The translations under genes were made by a program, and so were the position numbers. 64,000 nucleotides of DNA, taken from assembly GCA_950097015.1 (NCBI GenBank), contig CATNEN010000002.1:5146001-5210000 (forward strand). Direction: 5' to 3'. This document shows positions 24,761 through 36,200 of this stretch, piece by piece. How positions within the stretch are numbered: the first letter of the stretch is position 1; every line of letters begins with the position of its first letter. This DNA is from Macrostomum hystrix (Eukaryota; Animalia; Platyhelminthes). The notes below the pieces were generated by a model. That model was not told the origin of the DNA. It saw nothing but the letters and a program-made list of their open reading frames with translations, and made no database searches.

Positions 24761-27380
24761 TGTCATGTGCAGTGTTAGAGATCTTTCGTCGATAAAGAAT
24801 CTTTCTGCAAAGTCTGTTAATTTTCAAGTCGAAGCTCGAGAATGTTCTGACATAAGGAATTTATTGGCGCCAACTTGCTGCATGATAAAGTTTTATTTGC
24901 TTTCTAAGCTAACAAAAATTGCAAATGATTCTTTTTTGCGCTTCGTAAATTCAAGTTTCTAACCCTGGGACTGCGTAGTCGACTGCACGGTTAAAGCCTA
25001 GTTTGCGGGATGGCGGGATAGACAAGTCTATTCGATTGTATCGAAGCTGACTTCAAAGCGTTTGTGCTCGCAGTTCTCAGATCCCAGTGCTCATACTATG
25101 TATATGTATCCTAGTGCTTATACTCGTACTATACAATTTTTTTCAATCGTAAAATGTCTATAAAGTTCTGTATTGGCAAACGAGAAGTTTGTACTTTGAA
25201 ATATACAACAAAGTTTGTTTCAAAGTCTACTCAGAGATTCTCTGATCCCCAAAGACACAATACGATCGGAAGTGGTCAGTCATTACATTTCTCAATGTCA
25301 CTTTAGGACAAGACAAAACAGCAACAACAGCGCTAAAGTCCCAGGGAACTGATCAAGGTTTACTACCGATTCGCCGAATTCTCTAATTGATCTATTCGCT
25401 CGATTCTGAACACATTGAATCTACACAATGCCTGCTCTAGCTTATAAAAAGCAATCCATAAATGAAAGTATAAAATATTAAAATATAACGATTTCCAAAA
25501 AGCAACTAAAATGTTACAAACAAGCAAATATTTGTGGGACTTTTTAATTAAAAAAAATTATTTGATATAATTACTTTTTTATGATTTGACTTGAGCTTTT
25601 ATTTTAATTATAACTTAGAAAGTTGAAATTATTTATAATTATAAATTAAGGATTGACTCGTGTCAAATAAAAATATTTAAAATAAGTATTCTTAATATGT
25701 TCACGTTAGCATTTTTTATTTAATTTTTTAATATATTTGTTTACATAAAGTCATTAAGTTATGAATTAAGTCCTTTATTATTATTATTATTATTATTATT
25801 GAAGTGCACACGACGATTGGGTGCTGCTTTTTTATCTTATGTTGGCAACAGGGCTCCCGAAAGGAGAATAGCTATTGTGTTTTTGCGAGTTACTATCAAA
25901 AATATTAGAAAACAAAAACTTAAACTATAGTCAAGCATTCTAACTATGGGCCTCATGGCAGTGGCTTTTTTATCTAGCTTTAAGTATGCATTCTATGAAG
26001 TCTACAAAGCTTTCTGTTAATTATGTGCTTTCCTGAGTCATTAAATACACAATTTTGTCATTAAAGACTCTAAGGCTTTCACAAAGACACGTTATAACAT
26101 ATTCACGCATCAAGGGGCAATATAAAATGTACATTATATTAGAATGAAAGATAATTTAGCAGTAACAATAGCAATAGCAATAGATAGCAATAGATAATAG
26201 CAATAGCAGTAACAGTAAGAATTGCAACTGCCCAGAGTCCAGACTCAAGCAGAGGCTCAGGCGTCTGGGTGCCATGGTGATTGGGGATTCTTGCGCCAAA
26301 TGCTTGCCTTGACGATCCGTGGGATCGGGGATTAATGTACGTTGTATAGCAGGGAGATCACGCATCACGCACGTGAGCAGTGAAATACCTTCACTGCTGT
26401 CCCAGCCTTGACCCAGCGCGATGAACAACCGAGCCCAGCCGGGCTCCGATTGGCCTGACATTGTACAGTAAGCCAAGAGAGGTGGGCTGGGTGCGATTAT
26501 GCAACGTACTAATTAATTATAATTTCGCTAATTTGTGAATAAATTGGGCTTCACACAAACTAAGACGAAAATCGAAGGTTAAATGACAGTCACACTTGAG
26601 GGAGCCATGTAAAACAATGTCAAGCGGACGAGGAGAGGGCGCTTTAAGGCATTCGAGGGGTCCAGGTGATGACTCATCAGTGCTCCGGCTTCCCAAACAG
26701 ATCTAAAGCCTCTTTTAAAATTATATTATGCGGTAAACTGCATGCAGTTGCTAGGGATTCCATTAATCTCGACTTTTAAGTGTAACTTTGGAACATCACA
26801 ATGCATTAGGGCCATATATTTTACTAAAATTAATAGATTTACTTGTCAAGGGCCTTAAGGGTCACCTACGATACGCGTTACTCAAAGTTGCTCTATTGGG
26901 CATTATTGAACTGTACTCCCCGAATGACCATTGATTGACCAAACTGTAGCCACTAAATCGTCGGAAAATGAATTGGATTGGTGCTTATAGCTATGTTCTG
27001 TGAGTTTTTCGACACTTCGTATATCACGGTTGAAATACTGGTCTAACAATCCAACAAACCTTACAGATTTAGTATTGTGCGATAATCAGGAATTCTATAA
27101 AGTGTAGAATTCCGTTTAAGAATAAATGCGATTTGACGCAAATAAATATACACGAAAATAAAATCGATTGTACATTGCGTCAACAAAAAGAAAAATAACT
27201 ATAGCTGACTTTCTGGCCTGAACTTTGTTTAACTGCTTATTTATTTTTAAATCACGACGCGAATAAATATTTCAAAATAGTTTTATACGATACATGCCGT
27301 GTTTAACTACCGAACTTTCAAGCTACAAAGAAAATTTCTGAAACATTCACATAACGTGCGTTGCTGCACTGCTTCATCGC

Positions 27381-29732
27381 ATGGCGCACGCCAGACTGCG
27401 TCGACATTGCTTCTCTACATTATTTCACCTGGTAACAATCAAATCAAATTTCACCATTTGATAGCCACTGGTCTTTCTTTTCACTTTCTAAGAAAATAGT
27501 TCAATATCTCCAATGCAAAAATAGACATAAGTACTTCTAACATAAAAGGTCAAATCCGTTGCAGCTGGTCTGTCTCAGCTCAGCCTCATCAGTCTCTGGA
27601 GCAGTCGCTGAAACATACTCTGGAGCAGTCTATGTGAATTTCGATTCGTACAGCCAGCGGGATCCTGACAAATGCGACTCGAATTGGTTTGGAACAGACC
27701 ACTGCGATCCCTACTTCACAACTTCTGTGTCGATACGGTCGAAGAGTCTCGGATCATTCACGTCAACTGAATACGACAATGCGAATAAAGTGATCCATTT
27801 CGGAAATAAAATAGGCCAGCTCTCCAACCCACTCGCTTTTCCATTCACCAACTCAGCACTGAGTCCGACTGACAGTCTCCAAGTGTCCGTTACAGTCACA
27901 GATAAAAACCCTGGCGGTGACAGCCTAATGTGTGCACTGTCGAAGTCTCTCAGCGTTCAGTCCATGACTCTGTTTCCAAACAACACAGTGAGCAGACACT
28001 GGACTCCGCAGAGCTTTGAAATGAGCAGTTCGGACCACACTCTGAGATTTGAAGTTTGGATCACCTGCCAACCAAACTATTACCAGGCGGGCTGCTCCGT
28101 GCACTGCGATCCGAGTCGATTCGCATGCAGCCGAGACGGCTCGAGAGTGTGCCCTGAGGGGTTCAGGCCTCTTGGTGACACGTGCATTTCCACAGACAAG
28201 TGCATAGAGCGAGGCCCTGACTTCTGCCAGAATGGTGGAAAGTGCGAAGTTAACCTGCAGTCACAGCCGGTCTGCCAGTGTCCCATGAACTTCACCGGAT
28301 CTCGTTGCGAGCTGCACACTCATCCGTGCCATCGCAATGCCACGTTGTGCATCCATGGAGCCTGCCACACATCCGACAGTAACGGAACTTCTGAGTGCGT
28401 GTGCGAGAAGGGATTCTTGGGATATCATTGCGATGAGGACGTGGACGAGTGTCGATTGGTCAATGGGCTCTGCGGGCACGATGGTGAATGCGTGAACTCC
28501 GTTGGCAGCTTCAGGTGCGTCTGTAAAGACGGCATTACAGGTGCTCTTTGCCAGATTCAACTGCACACACCTCATAGCATAGTGAGTCCTGGTAGTGTGG
28601 CCACGCCGCGTTCAGAGCCGCCTTCATCTCTGACGGAGAGAGTGAGTGTTTTTGGTTGACCGTGTTGGTTCAAGGCATTAGTTGCCATGTGAAATTAGAT
28701 AAATGACTTCTATTTGCAGCTCACTTTGCCGATATTAATGCTGGCAGTCCTAATGATAGTCGTGTGCGCCCTGACTGGCATTGTGGCTGTTATCATGATT
28801 TATAATCGGAAACGGTCTTCCGGAATCCAGTTACGACTTGCAGGCAACGCGTTTTACCAACCGAATTCGTGAGTTGTTTTTAAGCATTTAAAAATGAAAT
28901 ATCTACCTACATGGATTGGCAATAACGTTTTTAAAAAGACTCATGGGTTTCTCCTTTTCATAAACTTCAATAAATGTGTTTGTGAATGTTGTCCACTGCA
29001 TGACGAAAATGGACACTGGAACATCATTATGTGACAGCAGAAGCGCAGCTGAAACATTCACATAACGTGCGTTGCTGCACTGCTTCATCGCATGGCACAC
29101 GCCAGACTGCGTCGACATTTCTTCTCTCCATTATTTCACCTGGTAACAACCAAATCAAATTTCACCAGCGAGGAGGCAATTCTGTCCATTCTGCTGAATC
29201 CTGAGCACACACGCACACTGATGCTGTACGCAGGCACACTGCCTTGGACGTAAGGCCCACAAGCGCGCAAATTGCACGATGAGCCCTAAGCCCCTTCTCT
29301 CAAAAGGCTGCTCCCTAAATTAGTATGGCCCCGTTGCGGAATCGAGCTCTGGGACCTTGGTACGAAAGAGGATAACGCGTTATATAGACCACTCTGCCAC
29401 GCACCCCCTGATATTCTACGACAATAGTCTAGAGTTATCCTACGTCCGATTCCAGGTCACTCCCCGTGACACTACAGGAGACTCTACCGAATGAAGATTG
29501 CGTGGAAAGCACATACTACGAAGAAGTGGATGACGGGCCCGTAGCGGCAGCTGAGCAGAACTCATCACTGGGTGCTCAAAGTGGCACAGGTAATTTTTCG
29601 AACGCCGCCTACGACGGAGCTCAACCGGAGCTGGCGCAGCTGACGCTGAAGTCGCGCAGCTTTTCTAAGAAAAGCAGTCAGGCTGAACAGCAAATTCCGT
29701 CGAACAGCAAACACTTAAACAGACCCTCATAA
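27381..29732 (+). CDS. Gene C: Delta-like type I membrane protein with C2/MNNL-like, DSL-like, 3 EGF (last calcium-binding type), TM and Tyr-rich tail. Exons 27381-27431, 27565-28641, 28720-28868, 29456-29732; 517 aa
   Basis: Phase-consistent GT-AG splicing. EGF patterns including EDVDEC...CVNSVGSFRCVC; TM LPILMLAVLMIVVCALTGIVAVIMIY. Confidence 0.8.
29049..29167 (+). repeat. Duplicate of gene C exon 1 with its donor site (source 27338-27456) inside the last intron of gene C
   Basis: About 119 bp near-identical; ATG at 29092 and GT donor at 29143 are retained. Confidence 0.9.
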
Positions 29733-32003
29733 ACGTCTATTTCTCGACGTGAATGAGATCAAATGAACTCGGATACGGTGTCAGAGCTGAATTGAGGTCA
29801 GGGAGAAAGGAAATTACAAACTAGATTGTATAATTGGTAACTTGATTTTTCTTTTATCATGCGTTGTTTCGTAAAAGGTAGGTAGATCATATTTACAGGT
29901 TCACATCTAAAGCCCATCAGTTTTCCATTAAACTGTGATTAGAGCATGTTAAAATGCATGATATTTTCTTTAAACCATATTTTAGATTGTTATCCGCAAT
30001 TTGTGAAATGTGGCCCCTTAACTAACTCCCCCACCCCCATTTGAATAGCGATGTGGCACACAGCTCTTGGCTGGTGTGGCTTCAGCTAAATCTGTTTATT
30101 CCATTTCCGTTCTGTGCTGGGCTCGAGCGAAAATTATGGCACCGCGTCAAGTCACGCACACACGATCCTTAGATGCAAAAGAAATGAGCTGTTTCAGAGC
30201 TATATTTCTACTGGCTTCACGAATATTGTTTGTGCAGCACATTTATCGCGTCTGAATGATCAACTGAAGATATGAAAATTTAGCTAGCTTTTTATTTCTC
30301 ACATCTGACTATAATCGTTTACACTACATATGATTCTAATTGTGTTCGTTTAATTGACTTGAACTTGTGCGGAAAATATTCTAAATCAAATTGCATGCTT
30401 GTAACTTTTCTTTTTATCTACTTAATGCTGCCTTGCCACACTCATTATACATGTACGCAAAATTAGCATGTGAAAACAATACATGTGAATACGAAATTTC
30501 TATATTGAGTGACATAATGCAGTGTTGACTCAGCCCATATGCCTCTTATATATAACTGCCGCAATTTATGAATATAAATCTTTGTGCATATTTGTTACTA
30601 ATTTGTTTAGAACTTTCCAGTCAAGACTGCGTCTGACCCACTGAAAGTCTGCAACTAAATTTTTAAGACAACTTCGCTATCCAGATATTTTTCTAAAGTT
30701 TGCCACACTGTTTTCGGCATAAGATCTGAATCCAAAAATATTCTGTCTTTGCTTCCTTACAAAAAACTGCATAATATCAGGATGATATTTTCTTGTGAAA
30801 GTGCAAGCAAACTTGAAGGCTTTAGAGAACAATAGTAAACTGCTTTCTGTTCGTAGCAGCAGAACTTATTTAGTGCAATGACGAAGTTTCGGTTTCAACG
30901 AATAGGCGTAGCAGTTTCGGTTTATTTTAATAGCCAGGTAAATTATCAATCGTTACAAAACCTTCGTAGCGGAAAGCACTCTCATGCAGTAAATTGGGCC
31001 TTCGAATTAAGAAATCGTCTTTACGGCTAATGCTGGCTATATCTTAGGTGGGTTACAGAGCTACTCAATGGATTCACTTGAAATACAGCTACGGCTACAG
31101 TTCAGATTAGCCACTGACAAAATAACAACCAGCACTCAGTCGTATAACAAGCCTGGGGGGCGGGAGCCTTCCTGGAAAGGCCTAATTAGCACATTTGAAT
31201 ACGAACTACGACTATGTAGTACACTAAAACAAAACCATTATAAATATTAATGGAAAACCGAAGAGATATCCCTAACAAATATAGCTAGCGAAAATAATGC
31301 ACATAATTAGAAATAGCATATTAAAATTACATTAAATTAGAGAGACAACATCACACTCGCCTCCCTCTCAGAAGCTTAATGGCCTACTAACAGTAGTGGC
31401 TACGAACATCGAAATGGCTAGCGAAAAAAACGATTTCAGAATTGTTGCTACGTTATTAGAGTTTTTTGAATAGCTGTCTAGAGATATTTTGAAAATGAGG
31501 TTAACAATGGCAGTTTCAAGTGACACAAAAACAGGCATTAAATTTCAAAGACGAACGGCAAAAACGGAATATCGAGTGGCAAAACTGAACGACGAATGGC
31601 AAAAATTCGAACAAAAACCAAAGGCAAAATTCAGCAAGATATTGGCAAATTGAACAACGTCATCAAACCGCAGAGGCAATAAAAGGAATTGAAAATATTT
31701 TTGTTTTAGCAAATGCAATGTTTTTTTTATTTTTTAAGCAAAACTGACAAATTGACAAACACGAGAATTGTCTAGGACAGGCGAAAATTTCGGCGAATCG
31801 GCGGCGGAGCGAAAACCTGGACGGCCAGGCTACAAACAATGACTACGACAAAGGCTTACACTATGGCCAAAACCAAATCCGAAGATTCAAGGCTCGACCG
31901 CAGAGATACTAAACTAATGACAAAATGAAAAGATTGGCGAAAGCTATTAAAGAAAAGCTAACAGGCACACAGAACACAGGCAGCATACGACACGACTTAC
32001 ACC

Positions 32004-33968
32004 TTAGCTCTCGTTACCTCTCCTGAGCAGGTTGACCAGCGTGGAAAGGAATCTGACCGGCGGCCTTACTTGCCGGCCGGACCTCGTAACAGTGCAAGCT
32101 GGTCTCTGTACCTGGTCTGTCTGATCGTATTCGTGTTCATGTTCATGCTCGTGTTCTATTTGTGGTTGTGGTTCTGGTGGCATATTGGTTGGTATTGGTG
32201 TTGCCTGAGGATCTGGATTTAGCTCTGCTGTGACTTCAACTTCCGCACCGATGTCTGGCACCTGTTCATTATTGACAATGTTTACTGCTCGTGGTGCTTG
32301 TTCAGGTTGCACCTCGGGTGGTGACTCTGGTTTAGTGACTGGTTGAGCATTTGGCTGTTCCACTGGCAGTGTTTTGATGGCTGTTGAACTGTCTGTGTGA
32401 TTGGCTGTTGAACTGGCTGTGTGATTGGCTGTTCGACTGGCTGTGTGATTGATGACGATTGGCTTCTTGGAAAAGGTTTCGACAAGAGTTCGGTGGAGTC
32501 GGTGCGCGTAACTGTCCGGGTCATAGCAATCTTGCCTTGGTGGGTTGTAAATCAGGTCTAGGGGCATTTGAAATTCACGGCCCAGAAAAAGCTTAGCAGG
32601 TGTCATGCCCGTCGATTCGGATTCTAGAGAGCGGATGCTCATTCCTACACACCTAGCGGCAAAGGGCCAAGTCACATGCCTCTCAGCACAGACTGCTCGA
32701 ATTTGACTCTTAATAGTCTGGATGTTGCGTTCCACCTTCCCGTTGGCCTGGGGGCGGCGAGCAGTGATTCTAACGGTATCGATCTCTAGCAAGCGGGTCA
32801 GCTCTGCAACAATGTTATTTATGAATGCTGTGCCATTGTCCGAGACCATTTGCTCCATAGTACCATAGCGAACAATCCACTCTGTCAGGATTGCTGCCGC
32901 GGTTGTCTCGGCAGTTACGTCTTTCACAGGGACAATTTCCACAAATCCGGTGAATCTGTCAATCATTACAAGCAGATACCGGTAGCCTTCCTGTTCAGGG
33001 AACGGTCCGCAATGGTCTACATGCACGACCTGGTTCGGGTACCCGGCTAGGGTTGGCTGCATCGGAGCTTTGTTCTTTCGCTTGCATTTCTTAGTCCTAG
33101 CGCAAATCTCACATCTGGCTACGACTTCCTTGACTATAGTTTCTAGGTTCGAGATTTGAAAGTTCTTTTTTACCACTCCTAAAGTCTTTTTTATCCCCGA
33201 GTGATTAACGGCTCTTTGGTAGTTGGTCACTAGTTCATCTACATTCGCAGACTCAGGGATGACCGTAAGCTTGGCAGCGGGCTTCCTTTTCTTGGCTGGC
33301 TTGTTCCGAAGCAGCAGATCTTCCTCAACAGACAGTTCGTCAAACATAGCCCATAAGGCTCTGAGCTCACGACTGCAACCTTGGAGCTCCTGCTTAGACA
33401 ACCTCTCTACCTTTCCAGCTACGAGTACAGCATCTCTCAGGAAAACAAGATCAATGTTCGAATCCTGAGCACTACGGGCCCATTCTCTTTCTCTCTGTTC
33501 AGCCCCCGCCTCATCTTCGTTATCACTGCCTGGGTCTAGAACTTCGTCTGCGATCGTGGACCTATCCGAGACCTGGACTTGCACAGCATGTGCTGCGGCT
33601 GATGGCGGTGTTTCCGGTTTAGGTTTGGTGTCTACCTGAGTACCTGCAGACGAGGTTGGGATGACTGGGCGCTTGCTAGCTTGATTAGGCACAGGGATCT
33701 CAGGGACCCGTTGGAGGTCAGTCTGAACTGCTAAGTCTGTAACCGGCTCATTTTGAAGCTGAATCGCTGAGTCGAATATCAGCTCGGTGGTCTGACAGCC
33801 AGTTGTGACAAGAGTCTGAGTACTGACACACATACGGCTGATTTTGACCTCACTAACATCCGATGGCGCTGATTTTTTTCCCTTCTGGAACTTGAATATA
33901 AATTCCGGGATCAGGCTACAGGTTGGGCAGTCGAAATGGTCTGCTCTGAACTTCGGGTTGCGACTCAA
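32004..33968 (-). CDS. Gypsy pol C-terminal part: spacer, HHCC zinc finger and rve integrase
   Basis: HSGIKKT..CEIC; VHVDHCGPF; VSDNGTAF; PQANGKVERNIQTIK. Confidence 0.9.
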   Translation of the reverse strand: MSRNPKFRADHFDCPTCSLIPEFIFKFQKGKKSAPSDVSEVKISRMCVSTQTLVTTGCQTTELIFDSAIQLQNEPVTDLAVQTDLQRVPEIPVPNQASKRPVIPTSSAGTQVDTKPKPETPPSAAAHAVQVQVSDRSTIADEVLDPGSDNEDEAGAEQREREWARSAQDSNIDLVFLRDAVLVAGKVERLSKQELQGCSRELRALWAMFDELSVEEDLLLRNKPAKKRKPAAKLTVIPESANVDELVTNYQRAVNHSGIKKTLGVVKKNFQISNLETIVKEVVARCEICARTKKCKRKNKAPMQPTLAGYPNQVVHVDHCGPFPEQEGYRYLLVMIDRFTGFVEIVPVKDVTAETTAAAILTEWIVRYGTMEQMVSDNGTAFINNIVAELTRLLEIDTVRITARRPQANGKVERNIQTIKSQIRAVCAERHVTWPFAARCVGMSIRSLESESTGMTPAKLFLGREFQMPLDLIYNPPRQDCYDPDSYAHRLHRTLVETFSKKPIVINHTASRTANHTASSTANHTDSSTAIKTLPVEQPNAQPVTKPESPPEVQPEQAPRAVNIVNNEQVPDIGAEVEVTAELNPDPQATPIPTNMPPEPQPQIEHEHEHEHEYDQTDQVQRPACTVTRSGRQVRPPVRFLSTLVNLLRRGNES

Positions 33969-33978
33969 AACATCCGCA

Positions 33979-35352
33979 TTAACGTGGGATTCCCCAGCTC
34001 TGTGGGAGATTTTTAAATCGTACTCCGCTAGTCTGGTCTACCTTGAAGGTGTAAGGCTCTAGTGTGACCAACCATTGAGCGAGCATTCCGGTTGCGTGTT
34101 TTTTTGAGTGTAACCACTTCAGAGCAATCGCATCTGTTCGCACTAGGAACTCCCGGTCAAGTAAGTAAGTCCTGAACTGCTCTAACATGAGAACCAGACC
34201 TAGGAGCTCCCTCATGGTGGCGCAATAGTTTCGCTGCGCGCTGGTGAATTTTTTAGAAGCGTAGGCAATCACTTGTTCTACGTCGTTCCCATCTAGTTGG
34301 GAAAGGACTGCTCTCACACCGTCAAGGGAGCTGTCGCAGTCTAGAACAAAGGTGCCCGCTGTGGGACTCAGCTCTGGGTATCTCAGCACTGGTGGATTAC
34401 ATAGGCTGGACTTTAGTTCTTGGAAAGCGGCCTCGTGCACTTGGCGCCAAACAAATTTCTCAGAGCTCTTGGCTAGGGCATATAGAGGCGCGGCTATGAT
34501 GGAGAACCTAGGGACAAACTTTCTGTAATAATTGGCAAATCCCAGGAAGGAGAGAAGCTGCTTCTTATCCCTAGGTGTACACCACTGTTGAACGGCCTCA
34601 GTTTTGGTCGGATCGGCCTCTATCCCTTTTGAGGAAACTATGAATCCCAGAAACTTCAGTTTGTCCTTGAAGAGCTCACACTTCGAGGGTCTGATTTTCA
34701 GATTCGCTTTTCTAAGCTGTCAGAAAACTAGCGCCAGATGGGAAATCATCTCGTCGTTGTTTCCGGCCTTGATGATGACATCGTCTAGGTAAATTAGGCT
34801 AACCCTGAGCAAAAGAGGGCGGAACACGCGGTGCATCAGCCTGGCGAAACTTGCAGGCGCGGTCTTGATCCCATAGGGGACTACGGTCCAACGAAAGGTG
34901 CCCTGGGGACATGAGAACGCGGTGAGGTCTCGGTCAGCTTCCCGGATCCCTACCTGCCAGTAGGCGCTCGTCAGATCTAAACTACTAAAGACGGCGGATC
35001 CCGCTAAGTTATCGAAAGATTCGTCTATTAAAGGCAGTGGGAAAGAGCACGGCTTTATGTGCTTGTTAAGCGCACGGTAATCTACGCAAAGGCGCCATGT
35101 ACCGTCCTTCTTTTTCACAAGCACAATGGGTGAGGCCCACTCGGAGTCGCACTCTTCAACAACTCCTTGGTTTAAGAGCTGGGCGATGTACCGATGATCC
35201 AGAAATTCCTTTTGCGCTGGGGTTGTTCGCCTCGATGGCTGAGAAATCGGGCGACACTTCGGGTCCTTTAACTCGATTGACAGTTCATGCAGAGGGGTTC
35301 TACCGATGTCTGCTTCCGATTTTGAGATCTGGCTAAGAAAATAGTTCAGCAT
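33979..35352 (-). CDS. Gypsy RT and RNase H (frameshifted)
   Basis: WASPIVLVKKKDGTWRLCVDYRALN; LDLTSAYWQV; YLDD; LDCDSS...QRNYCATMRELL. Confidence 0.9.
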
Positions 35353-35354
35353 TT

Positions 35355-36200
35355 TTACTGTCGTATCCAGCTGTCGAATAATCTGGCACTAACAACGTCA
35401 TACGAACTGCTCTCAGCGTCTATAGCCCTAGCTGGGATCAGCGTTTCTGAGCGGGGTGGCAGGACTGTATCGCAAGCGGCCACAACGCGATTCACGCTAC
35501 AGATCGCATTGGTGCCGCGAAAAATTGGGACGTACTCTCCAGCGCAGGTCACACGGTCACAGGCCATGTCCATGACGATTTGGAAATTACCACAGAAGTC
35601 CAACCCTAGCAGGATCTCGGATAACTGGCCTTTAATCACTAAGAAGATGTGCTGCTGTTTTAATTTGCCTAAACTCACTTCGCACTGGAGCTTGCCTAGT
35701 ATTTGCGAACTAGCCCCATTGAAACCAGTAGCTGTGCGCTGGGTGCGAGCAGGGGTGAAGACATTATTGATTGGATCAGCTTCTAGGAGCTTGTCTCGCA
35801 TCTTCGGGCAAATCAGGGAGGCATTGGCACCGTGATCTAGAAGGGCAACAGTCTTGGTCTCGCCAATCTCAACCTGAACATAGAATCCTGCCTTGTATCT
35901 CGGTAGGTCTGAAGACACTTCAGCACACTTAGGGTCCGTCGACGTAGCTGTCACACTAATAGCTTTGTCTCTAGACTTGCCAGCGTCGGCGACACGGCTG
36001 AATGTCACGCTGGTACCCACTAGCTGGTGGCTTAAGGCCAGGTCCAACAGGGGCTGGACCAACTGAGACAGCTGGTGCGCAAAAACAGAGTCGCCTATCT
36101 GAGAGGACTGGATGAACCCGTAAGAGTCTTTCCAATGAGTCACTACCCCCTTCTCTCTGGGTGGCCTCGAACTCGCATTTGGCTTAAAACTTTTTGGCTC
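35355..36200 (-). CDS. Cold-shock-like domain followed by aspartic protease (start of the pol frame)
   Basis: EKGVVTHWKDSYGFIQSSQIGDSVFAH...VGTSVTF...KAISV, then ALLDHGANASLI and ILLGLDF. Confidence 0.75.
   Translation of the reverse strand, partial: EPKSFKPNASSRPPREKGVVTHWKDSYGFIQSSQIGDSVFAHQLSQLVQPLLDLALSHQLVGTSVTFSRVADAGKSRDKAISVTATSTDPKCAEVSSDLPRYKAGFYVQVEIGETKTVALLDHGANASLICPKMRDKLLEADPINNVFTPARTQRTATGFNGASSQILGKLQCEVSLGKLKQQHIFLVIKGQLSEILLGLDFCGNFQIVMDMACDRVTCAGEYVPIFRGTNAICSVNRVVAACDTVLPPRSETLIPARAIDAESSSYDVVSARLFDSWIRQ

Larger units (their letters stand above)
20885..26130 (+). repeat. Segmental duplication, copy 1 (pairs with 40055-45850)
   Basis: Collinear near-identity of upstream region, genes A/D, pseudogenes B/E and downstream non-coding sequence, apart from copy-specific insertions. 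Confidence 0.9.

Noticed and set aside
31356-32003. Possible env-like gene before the 3' LTR
   Set aside because: AT-rich, no ORF of 60 aa or more, no TM or signal pattern.
33450-33968. Long spacer with CPTC between RNase H and integrase as a captured domain
   Set aside because: Low-complexity spacers with a CxxC occur in many metazoan Gypsy elements; no domain was recognised.
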